DNA from: Octopus sinensis
Taxonomy: Eukaryota
Reading direction: 5' to 3'
Length of the DNA stretch: 45,803 nucleotides
Assembly (NCBI RefSeq): GCF_006345805.1
Contig: NW_021835034.1
Span: 1 to 45,803, forward strand
Position 1 is the stretch's first letter, and every line of letters begins with the position of its first letter. Below, one piece after another: positions 35,224 to 45,803 of the stretch. Under the pieces are notes generated by a model. That model saw nothing but the letters and a program-made list of their open reading frames with translations, had not been told where the DNA came from and made no database searches. Made by a program: the position numbers and the translations under genes.

Positions 35224-36009
35224 TTTGGTAGGCCCGAAGTTTTCTTTCTTCAGTCGAGTTCCAGATTATCTTTTCAATTTCGGTTGGTTATACTCGAGAT
35301 TGCACCATTCTTGTCAGCCCCAAGGAAAAACTAAGCCAAGAGCATTTGATTCGTTGGAAGAAAGCAACGAATGTATTTGAAAACAAGGACGGAAAAAAAC
35401 GGAGAATGTTACACAAATACAAATAACAGGACATAACAACAGGTGTCTTTCGACTAAGGACGAATTAAATTAAGCTTGCGTGTGTGGAAGTAAAGCCTTA
35501 TGGCAGGGATACAAGATTTCACAGGCACATATATATTGGTACTTTGAATTAGTATTATGCAATCTGGCATTTCTTTTAGATGGAATTTCGTCTGTATTTT
35601 TTAAAACAAAGGCCCTGAGGAGACTCACATACATAGATATGAATTGTTTATAAATCAAATAATGTATATAAGTCGAAACAAATTGTTGACGTTATTTGGG
35701 TTTTTTTTTTAATTGGTTATATTATATTATATTTATAGCATATTATATTACATCATAATGTAATAAATTGTTAAATTGTTAACTGTATTTCTCTAATTCA
35801 TTTATTATTTGCAATTTCTATTTATATACCTATTTCTGTAGCAGTGAATTGGATGTTTTACACCCTTTTGAAGGAATCGGTTTTTTCCCTTCCTTATATA
35901 CATTTATATATTATACTATATCATATTATGTTATATCATATTATATATAACATATATAATACATACATACATATATATATATAACACACACACACACATA
36001 TTTTATTTT

Positions 36010-36200
36010 TCAAAATGTGACCTCGTGTGTACCATTGCCGATTTTTTTTCCTCTGTCTTCCCTTCTCTGGATCTTTCCTTCTCCTATGTTTCCGACGAAG
36101 AGCTCCGCTCGAAACGTTAAACCCTCCTTCTATCTTTCTTTCCTGAGCGTCCAATAATACTATATTTGTTCCACGTCCTCGCGTTGTTGTCGTATTTTTT
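36010..36200 (+). mobile_element. Penelope-like terminal remnant with minimal hammerhead-like fold at 36088-36122
   Basis: GUUU-CCGACGA-A-GAGC-UCC-GCUC-GAAA-CG-U-U-AAAC; homologous to 11215-11410. Confidence 0.6.
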
Positions 36201-36220
36201 TTGTGCTTTCTTCTTTGGAT

Positions 36221-36273
<53 letters not shown>

Positions 36274-36328
36274 TATATATTTATATATATGTGTGTGTGT
36301 GTGTGTGTGGATGTATGTATATATGTAT

Positions 36329-36385
<57 letters not shown>

Positions 36386-36419
36386 TTATAATATATGTGT
36401 GTGTGTGTGTATGTATGTA

Positions 36420-36460
<41 letters not shown>

Positions 36461-36551
36461 TATATATATGTATATGTATGTGTATATATATATATATACT
36501 ATATGTGTGTGGTGTGTGTGTGTGTAGGTATGTATATATGTATATATGTAA

Positions 36552-36588
<37 letters not shown>

Positions 36589-36899
36589 GTATATATATAA
36601 TATATGTATATATATATATATATATATTTAATATTATATATTGGTGTGTGTGTGTATGATGTATATATGTGTATATATATATATAATATATATAATATAT
36701 ATATAGTATATATATATATATTGTATATGTATGGTATATATATATATATATGTGTGGTGGTGTGTGTGTATGTATATATGTATATATGTATGTAGATATA
36801 TATATATATATATGTACATATTATATATGTATATTATGTATATATAAATATATATATATATATCTATATATAGTGTGTGTGTGTGTGTATGTATATATG

Positions 36900-36930
<31 letters not shown>

Positions 36931-37391
36931 GTGTGTGTATGTATGTATATAGATATATATATATATATATATATACTAACACTTATTTCCCAACCTCTTA
37001 ATTTCCATTCTTCTGTCTTTTCTACTTGGATTATTTTTTTTAATGTTTTCTTACTCTTTTTTGTTCTTCTTGTTGATTTTACAGATTCTCACATTCCATT
37101 TTTTATCGCGTTCCTTTTCAGTATTTTTTTTTCATAATTTTTTTTTTTCACCTTTATTTGTTTTTTTTTTCTTGGTTTATTTGTTTCTCCCTTTTCCAAT
37201 CCAACTAGTTTCTCGTTCCTCCCTATTTTATTATACACACTGCATGCATGAATACATTTTGTTCCGTATCAAATTATCACATCGTGAACATAAACACACA
37301 CACACACACACACATGCAACTTTTCATATTCTTGACTTATCATTTTTGTTATTATTTTTTTTATACTTATATGTACATGTATATGTGTCTC

Positions 37392-37425
<34 letters not shown>

Positions 37426-37431
37426 CAGAGT

Positions 37432-37499
<68 letters not shown>

Positions 37500-37504
<5 letters not shown>

Positions 37505-38680
37505 TACATACATACATACATACATACATACATACATACATGTATACATACATGCATGCATGCATACATACATACATACAAACATACATACAAACATGCA
37601 TACATACAAACATACATACATGTATACATACATACATACATGCATACATACATATATGCATACAAACATATATGTGTACATACATACATGCATACATACA
37701 TACATATATGCATACAAACATACATACATACATACATACATACAAACATACATGCATACATACATACAAAACATGCATACAAACATACATACATACATAC
37801 ATTACATACAATACATGCATGCATGCATTACATACATACATTTACAAACATACATGAATACATACATACACATACCATACATACATACATACATACATGC
37901 ATACATACATACATACATATACATAATACATGTCATACATACATACTACATACATACAAACATGCATACCCAAACATACATTACATAATACATACATACA
38001 TACATACATACATACATGCATACATACATACATACATACATACATGCATACATACATACATGCATACATACATACATGCATACATACATACATACATGCA
38101 TACATACATACATACATACATACAAACATACCAATACATACATACATACATACATTACATACATACAACAAACATACATACATACATACATGCATACATA
38201 CATACATACATGCATACATACATACATACATACATACATAATGCATACATACATACATGCATACATACACTAACATACATGCATACATACCTACATACAT
38301 ACATACAAACATACATACATACATACATACATACATACATACTACATGCATACATACATACATGCATACATACATACATACATGCATACATACATACATA
38401 CATACATACAAACATACATGCATACATACATACAAACATGCATACAAACATACATACATACATACATACATACATACATGCATACATACATACACGCATG
38501 CATACATATATACATACATGCATACATACATACATTCATACATACATACATACACACATCATGTATATATTTATATGTACATACATACATACATACATAC
38601 ATACATACATACATACATACACACATCATGTATATATTTATATGTACATACATTCAAGCTCACACATACACACATCTATA
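37500..38680. repeat. About 1.2-kb degenerate (CATA)n array
   Basis: Visible directly; source of the 423-aa HTYI ORF. Confidence 0.95.
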
Positions 38681-39404
38681 AGGTTATTTCGTTTTCGGTT
38701 TCCTTTTAGAATTTTTTGGTTTGTTTTCTTACAAACCAAAAATGTTGCCTCTTTTATTTATTTATTTATTTATTTATTCATTTATTCATCGATGTCTGTT
38801 AAGTGTTCTTCGTTTTCGTTTTTATAATATTTGAACCTAGTTGACTGCTAAACAATGCATGAATCGATCTGACCTTTCGCTTCGCAATTACCATTGTAAT
38901 TATATCGTTATAAATGCTATTATATCGTATACTTTATTGAATTTCTGTATCGTATATATAGAACCGATCATTACCATCAATCATGATCAACCTTTAAAGA
39001 CGGCGGAGATTGAAACACCGCCCGGAGAGGCAGTTATCTGTCTACAACTCCTCGCCTCACCAATGTTCGAAGGAACGGCGTGAAATCGATCGTGGAACTG
39101 GAAAAGAAAGCAGAAAAGTGAAGGAAATGCTGCTCTAGATAAGTATGAAATAACAGAATCCCCTTTCAATTCCCAGGACATACGGTGAGTAAAAACAAAT
39201 AGCAGATTCGGCCGTCTTGCTTCCGTAGGTGCATTGACGATCTTCGTCAAATATGAAACCTAACATCCGTTTTCTAAAAGATCGTCTTTGCCTTTTATCC
39301 TTTCGGGGGTCGATAAATTAAGTACCAGTTGCGTACTAGGGTTTATTTAATTGACTGCCCCCTCCCCAAAAATTTCGGGCCTTGTACCTAGAGTAGAAAA
39401 CAAT

Positions 39405-39625
39405 TCAGGCGGCGAGCTGGTAGGAACGTTAGCACATTCGGCGAAATGCTTAGCGGTATTTCGTCTGCCGTTACGTTCTGAGTTTAAATTCCGCCAAGGT
39501 CAACTTTGCCTTTCATCCTTTCGGGGTCGATAAATTAAGAACCAGTTACGCACTGGGGTCGATGTAATCGACAGCCCCCCTCCCCCCAAAAAAATGGGGG
39601 ACCTTGTGCCTAGAGTAGAAAACAA
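39405..39625 (+). mobile_element. SINE family C, full length, directly behind another family C tail (39285-39400)
   Basis: GGCGGCGAGCTGGTAGGAACGTTAGCAC..CCTAGAGTAGAAAACAAT. Confidence 0.85.
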
Positions 39626-39654
39626 TATCTCTTACAATTCATTCTCTATCTGGA

Positions 39655-40038
39655 TGGAAGCACTCCGTCGGTTACGACGACGAGGGTTCCGGTTGATCCG
39701 AATCAACGGAACAGCCTGCTCGTGAAATAAACGTGTAAGTAGCTGAGCACTCCACAGACACGTGTACCCTTAACGTAGTTCTCGGGGATATTCAGCGTGA
39801 CACAAAGAGTGACAAGGCCGGCCCTTTGAAATACAGGTACAACAGAAACAGGAAGAAAGAGTGAGAGAAATTTGTGGTGAAAGAGTACAGCAGGGATCTC
39901 CACCATCCCCTGCCGGAGCCTCGTGGAGCTTTTAGGTGTTTTTGCTCAATAAACACTCACAACGCCCGGTCTGGGAATCGAAACCGCGATCCTATGACCA
40001 CGAGTCCGCTGCCCTAACCACTGGGCCATTGCGCCTCC
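39655..40038 (-). mobile_element. SINE family B, young, with TSD ATTCTCTATCT
   Basis: Full reverse copy with an 11-bp direct repeat on both flanks. Confidence 0.9.
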
Positions 40039-40879
40039 ATTCTCTATCTAACAATCAATGAAAGACGCTAACAGTCAGTTTTCTTTCCGTCATATGAAGA
40101 TTTTATTGAAATATTTTACAACATAATTCTTCGAAATATACCAAAAAAATAACAAAAAACACATTGTTAAAAATCAACCAATCAATAAACGGTGATAATT
40201 TTAACGAAAATTATTTAAAAAAAAGTAAGAAGAAATTGTTACAGTTCAATTTAAGAAAGCATTAAATATTCTGTATCAAACCGGATTTATCAACACCTTT
40301 ATTTATTATTATTTTTTTTTTATGTGACATTCAAAAGGGCTTCCTTTTATTTTCTTTTAGGGTTTCTTTCCACCACCTCCATTCTTTAGGGGTTTTATTT
40401 CTCGCAAATTATAGCCCTTGAAGAATCTTGTATTCTGAAACAAAATTGAAAAAATAAAAGAAAGTCAAGAATTTCAATCCCACAATGCAACGGTTTTCAT
40501 GGTTGTTTTGTTATGGAGCATATTTATCAATATTTCTTAATATTATGTAATTAGGCGCAGGCACAGCTGTGTCGTTAAGAAGCTCACTTTGCAACAAGTG
40601 GTTTCAGGTTCAATTGCATTGTGTGGCACCTCGGGCAAGTGTCTTCAACTATATATGTATATATTTGTGTTTTGGGTCGGCCCGAGGATATAGTAGAAGA
40701 GGCCACGCAATAGGATTGAACCCGGAACCATGTGGTTGGGAAGCCACTCCTGCGCATATATCAAACAAAATTTCAAAAGTTGCTTTTTTCATAAAGGTGC
40801 AAACAAAACCTCGTCTTTATCCATGAAAAGAAATAGAGCTTAATTCACTGTATTTCACGTTGGAATTTAAGTTGGAGTA

Positions 40880-41000
40880 TACAGTAACCCTTCGCCATAT
40901 CGCGGTTCACATATCGCGGTTCACATATCACGCTTCACATATCGCGTACTCAGTACATCGCGGATTTTTCTGGTTAATATATGTAAATTTATATCGCGAG
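40880..41000 (+). mobile_element. pogo/Tigger-like terminal fragment
   Basis: TA-CAGTAACCCTTCGCCATATCGCGG.. with short tandem CATATCGCGGTTCA units; lies between the two halves of a diverged SINE A. Confidence 0.5.
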
Positions 41001-41417
41001 CTAATAAGTATATGTGGGGTTTTCTGAGGCCGATAGGCATTTATATTTTATTAGATTTTAATTATTTATACCGATAGAATAAGTACTAGGCTTTAAAAAA
41101 TAAGTCCTGGGGTTCATTCGTACGACTAAAGCCCTTCAAGTCGGTGCTCCAGCATGGCCGCAGTCAAATGGCTGAAACAAGTAACAGAGATAAAAGACTA
41201 TACATGTGTGTGTCTATGTATGTTTGTAAAAATGTATCTATGAGTGTGTGTGTGCATAAATCAAGCAAAAATGATCTAAGGGAAATAACTTTGGGTGAGC
41301 AGTGGCAGGTACACGTACATAGACAAATTCAGGTATATTAAATACCATACAACAAATTCTTGCTTTATCAAAATTATCTTCGCCTCCAGAGGATGTGTCG
41401 TAATGACCAAATGTCAA

Positions 41418-41452
41418 TCAAGAAGGGGAGAAAAACTCAAGACTCAAGAATT
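41418..41452 (-). CDS. Four-EF-hand Ca2+-binding protein, terminal coding exon
   Basis: Phase-1 splice completes EF4 (DENGDGKITWS-E-FLSLEFFSPS*); TGA at 41418-41420. The acceptor is a less common AAG. Confidence 0.7.
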
Positions 41453-41504
41453 CTTCAGAATTGACATGTCATTAAGAGTGCAGTGTTATTTCCCGAGGAA
41501 GACA

Positions 41505-41550
41505 GTTGTGGACACATGTTTCTGCCTTAATTGGCATCATCAGCATGGCA
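41505..41550 (-). ncRNA. Type I hammerhead-like motif, intact core, weak stem I, in the last intron
   Basis: Minus strand: GCCAUG-CUGAUGA-UGCC-AAUUAA-GGCA-GAAA-CAUGUG-UC-CACAAC. Confidence 0.5.
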
Positions 41551-41622
41551 ATTATCCTACTCTTCTTCATCAGTCGTATATATATATATATATTATATAT
41601 ATGTGTGTGTGTGTGTGTGTGT

Positions 41623-41666
<44 letters not shown>

Positions 41667-42118
41667 TGTGTCTTCGGTATTCATACTGCTTCCATCGCAG
41701 TTAACTTATTTTGACCCAGCTTGCCAGCTACTTGTGACACCAGTGACCAATTAATCACTGTCTTTTCTATATATCATTAGAGGCGAAGTTTTGCTAACAT
41801 GCGGTAATAGTGGATACCTGCTGCTAATGACGCGAAAATCCGCAGAAATTACGTGATCTAGTAGTTCCATTGCCGATGCTGGTTATTTTTCGTCTGATAC
41901 TTCTGTGTTTTTTAGCACTATACGTCTATACGAGATGCTTTCTCAAGACAGCTACCGCAGTATTATGGCGTTCTTACAGTGAATCTACGTTATGTAGGAT
42001 ATACAGATTGCTCTACACATGCGCACGAGCGCGCATGTATGTCTAAGGAGAAAAACAGACACAGATACACATGGAAACAGCTGATGTAAGAAGGAGAGAA
42101 TAAGGACCAATATCTCAC

Positions 42119-42358
42119 CTGACCAAGTAATCTTGCCATCACCGTTTTCATCGCCGAGGGCGTAATAACTCATACTGTCCCGTATTTCTTCATCACTCAT
42201 GCCCATCCGCAATCCGATCTTCTCAATATCGTCTTTTGTGATGATATTGTCATTGTTGGCGTCTTCTAGTGTAAACCATTCACGTGCCTTCATAGAATTA
42301 ATTTCAGGTTGACTCACTGCCAGGATATACTCCGGAATAAAATCAATCATACCATTTT
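42119..42358 (-). CDS. Four-EF-hand Ca2+-binding protein, internal exon (end of EF2, EF3, EF4 loop)
   Basis: TCTTTGTGTTGCAG acceptor, G|GTGAGA donor, 240 nt, phase 1-1. (K)NGMIDFIPEY..EDANNDNIITKDD..GDENGDGKITWS. Confidence 0.92.
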
Positions 42359-43016
42359 CTGCAACACAAAGAATCGGTAGAGTTTACCCATTTAGTTTAA
42401 ACAAATTTAATTTAATTAAACCACTTAATTTAAACTATCAGAGGGATAATATTTGTGTTTGAGTTGTGAACCTAATACTTCACTTGGTCTAACACTATCA
42501 CAGTCTCCCCTGCATGTTTTTTGAGTCCGCTCTGTTGTAAACATTCAGACGAGGTTTACGATCTGAAGAAAGACGTGCTGCTGTGTACTGCACTAATCTA
42601 AAAGCAGCGATTCTTTCACCACCTGTTTCGGTCCAGTGAACTGTGGCCCCGAAAAAAAGGGTTTTTTTCTGCTCCCAGAGGCTCCATTACTCATTGCGGG
42701 GAAAATTTTATGAGTCTAAAACTATTACGTAAGTAATATATGTTCAAAAAGTGACGGTGGAGGTGGCGGTTGTGTTGGGGAGGGAGTTACGTTAGTTTAC
42801 TAGTAGTCCCACTCTCGCTCTGACCAAGCAGCACTTGGTAGATAGAACTTGTCCTCTTCGCCTTTGTTGACCTCATCGTCATAGTAATAACAGTGGTGGT
42901 GGTGGTGGTGGTGTGGAGGTGATGCGGTAGTGGTTGTGCTTGTGGGTGTAACGGTGGTAGAGGAGGTGGTGGTGGCCGTGGCGGCGGTGGCGGTGGGGCG
43001 TTTATAGGTGTTGTTG

Positions 43017-43067
<51 letters not shown>

Positions 43068-43135
43068 AGCAGCAGCAGCAACGGTGGCTGCAGCTATTGT
43101 TGTAGTTGTGCCCATCTTAATGTGGTCTTACTTAC

Positions 43136-43282
43136 TATTTAGATCTCTGCTTGCTATGAATTCTTCCACCAAACTTTTTGAAACGGTAGGATCGTATTTC
43201 ATGAGGTAATTGGTGACTTCTTTCTTTGTCGCTCTGCCATCTTTGTTCAAATCAAAGAAACGGTGGAACCGCTCTTGGAGAG
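43136..43282 (-). CDS. Four-EF-hand Ca2+-binding protein, internal exon (EF1, start of EF2)
   Basis: TGTATTTCTAG acceptor, A|GTAAGT donor, 147 nt, phase 1-1. LQERFHRFFDLNKDGRATKKEVTNYLMKYDPTVSKSLVEEFIASRDLN; splices in frame to the next exon. Confidence 0.92.
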
Positions 43283-43358
43283 CTAGAAATACAGGTAACA
43301 AACAAACAATAGAAATGCTATTTTCACTGGCAGGTGAAATAATAATAATGATAATAAT

Positions 43359-43462
<104 letters not shown>

Positions 43463-43920
43463 CGACGACGACGACGACGACGACGACAACAACAACAACA
43501 CATACATGCATACATATATATACGGTGAAAATTGATAAACATCCTTCAGCTATACATTCGTTACTTCCAATCATCAGCGGGTTTACCCAAGCGCACGCAC
43601 GCGCACACACATCCTCAATTTTATATATATTGAAAGAGAGGTAGAGAAATTAACATAAGTCATCAGGAGTAATATCCCTTGAACCAACGAAGCAACCAAC
43701 TTATGCGATCGCTCGTATTGTTTACTAAGGAAAGGGGGTTTTCTGTCCTCAGAGGCCCCATTACTCATTATGTGAAAAATTTTCAGTTTAAAACCATCTC
43801 AGAAGTATGAGTAATATGTGTTCCCAGTTTGGAGAAAATCAGTTGCGAACTTCAGAAGGTCTGCGGGTTTACACGCACGCACACACATACACACACATAC
43901 ACACACACACACACACACAC

Positions 43921-43998
<78 letters not shown>

Positions 43999-44510
43999 AA
44001 GCATTACACAAACATACCGTGCACATACTCATATATATAACATCACACATGCATATATATGCGCATACACATGCGTACATATGCATATATATTTATACAT
44101 CACGTACTTCTCTATGCTGGTCTGCATATTGCAAATATTTTGCGTTTGCGTAATATGCATACACACACACACCACACACACAGATAGATAGATTAGATAG
44201 ATAGATAGATAGATAGATAGAGAGATAGATAGATAGATATAGAGATAGATAGATAGATAAAAGCATTACACAAACATACGTGCACATACTCATATATATA
44301 TACATACACATGCATATATATGCGCATACACATGCGTACATATGCATATATATTTATACATCACGTACTTCTCTATGCTGGTCTGCATATTGCAAATATT
44401 TGTGCGTTTGCGTAATATGCATACACACACACACGTATGTATATACGTAAATACATAAATACACACAAAGACACCGACACATATATGTACCCAGAAACAT
44501 TTATACATAT

Positions 44511-44918
44511 GGCGCAGGAGTGGCTGTGTGGTAAGTAGCTTGCTAACCAACCACATGGTTCCGGGTTCAGTCCCACTGCGTGGCATCTTGGGCCGTGTTC
44601 TTCTGCTATAGCCCCGGGCCGACCAATGGCCTTGTGAGTGGATTTGGTAGACGGAAACTGAAAGAAGCCTGTCGTATATATGTATATATATATGTATGTA
44701 TGTGTGTTTGTGTGTCTGTGTTTGTCTCCCTAGCATTGCTTGACAACCGATGCTGGTGCGTTTACGTCCCCGACACTAAGCGGTTCGGCAAAGAGAGACC
44801 GATAGAATAAGTACTGGGCTTACAAAAAGAATAAGTCCCGGGGTCGAGTTGCTCGACTAAAGGCGGTGCTCCAGCATGGCCGCAGTCAAATGACTGAAAC
44901 AAGTAAATGAGTAAATGA
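44511..44918 (+). mobile_element. SINE family A, full length, antisense within the probable first intron
   Basis: GGCGCAGGAGTGGCTGTGTGG..ACTGAAACAAGTAAATGAG. Confidence 0.9.
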
Positions 44919-44969
44919 GTATATACACCCACGCATGTTTACAAATACGAGGTTCACCCAGTAACTCAC

Positions 44970-45058
44970 GAAATGAGAAATCCTAATAGGAAGCCACAAA
45001 TCCTCATCAGTTCATTATTAAAGGCCAGCGGGAGGATGATATTGGATGCTGCAAACAT
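44970..45058 (-). CDS. Probable first coding exon of the EF-hand gene (signal-peptide-like)
   Basis: In-frame ATGs at 45058 and 45007; MRICGFLLGFLI(S), TC|GTGAGT donor, upstream TATA box. It ends in phase 2, which does not match the 43282 acceptor. Confidence 0.5.
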
Positions 45059-45131
45059 GGAGAACAATTCGTCCTCACCTACGTGAATTGCGACGGTGTA
45101 GGACGGTGTGTATATTTCTGAGTGTATTTGC

Positions 45132-45138
45132 ATTTATA
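45132..45138 (-). promoter_or_regulatory. TATA box candidate for the EF-hand gene
   Basis: TATAAAT on the minus strand, about 75 nt upstream of the first ATG. Confidence 0.45.
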
Positions 45139-45217
45139 CGCAATGTGTTGAAAGCACCATTACACATATCCATGTACGTTCATTCATATGCATAATATAT
45201 ATATATATATTATATAT

Positions 45218-45263
<46 letters not shown>

Positions 45264-45803
45264 TATATATATATATATATATAACACAGTATATATATAC
45301 ATACAACATACATACATACATACATACATACATACATACATACATACATACATACATACATACATACATACATACATCATTATATATATATACATATATA
45401 TATTGTTTCTTCTTTTACTTGTTTCAGCCATTGGACTGCGGTCATACTGGGCAGCGTCTCGAGAATTGACCTCAGTACTTGTTTTCTAAGGCTAATACTT
45501 ATTTCTGACATTCCCCTTTTCTCGAACCACTTTCTTACGGGAACGTAAACAAATCAACCCCAGATGTAAAGTGAAGTTGTAAAACAAACGCATACACGCA
45601 CACTCACACACACACATTCACACACGCAGCACACACATAACGGGTGTCTTTCAGTTACCTTTTCTCGCCCTCCTAATGTTAAGTTATATATCAATAAGAA
45701 ACGGAGGACTCGAACCTACCCCGGATGTACATGTGGAGACAAATCTAAATGTCTTCTAAGGCAGAAGTATTATATATATCTTCCCTTGTTTATGAAGCAC
45801 ATA

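Noticed and set aside
37269-38827. Long ORFs (up to 423 aa) of HTYI/MYVC repeats, and similar IY/VC/TH/poly-I ORFs across the window
   Set aside because: These are translations of (CATA)n, (TA)n, (CA)n and (ATT)n microsatellites that lack stops in some frames; there is no other sign of coding.
42800-42890. ORF tail DDEVNKGEEDKFYLPSAAWSEREWDY that could complete an EF loop
   Set aside because: No AG acceptor at the required position, and the flanking exons already splice in frame without it.
43799-43870. KPADLLKFATDFL resembling an RIIa docking motif
   Set aside because: Short match at the end of a microsatellite ORF inside an intron, with no compatible splice sites.

Overview
Repeat-saturated eukaryotic DNA. 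The SINE families and very dense (TA)n/(CA)n/(CATA)n/(ATT)n microsatellites point to an octopus genome (inference). Almost every ORF in the supplied track is a microsatellite translation artefact. One well-supported protein-coding gene is present: a minus-strand, spliced, four-EF-hand calmodulin-like Ca2+-binding protein. Its clear exons are 43136-43282, 42119-42358 and 41418-41452, with a probable TATA-linked first exon near 44970-45058. A weaker plus-strand spliced transcript (exon candidates 5129-5249, 6763-6806, 11914-11941, 13880-on) has unresolved coding status. The rest is mostly tRNA-derived SINEs (my labels A, B, C, E), an RTE-derived element (D), RTE and R4/Dong-like LINE remnants, mariner fragments, two piggyBac-type MITEs, Helitron-like elements, foldback palindromes and minisatellites. 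The most notable unannotated signal is seven type I hammerhead-ribozyme-like folds, probably Penelope-like element remnants. One has an intact core and a GUC site (19191-19250, minus) and one lies in sense inside the last intron of the EF-hand gene. Several near-identical local duplications differ mainly by small indels, suggesting noisy long-read assembly. Repeat boundaries were read by eye and are approximate.
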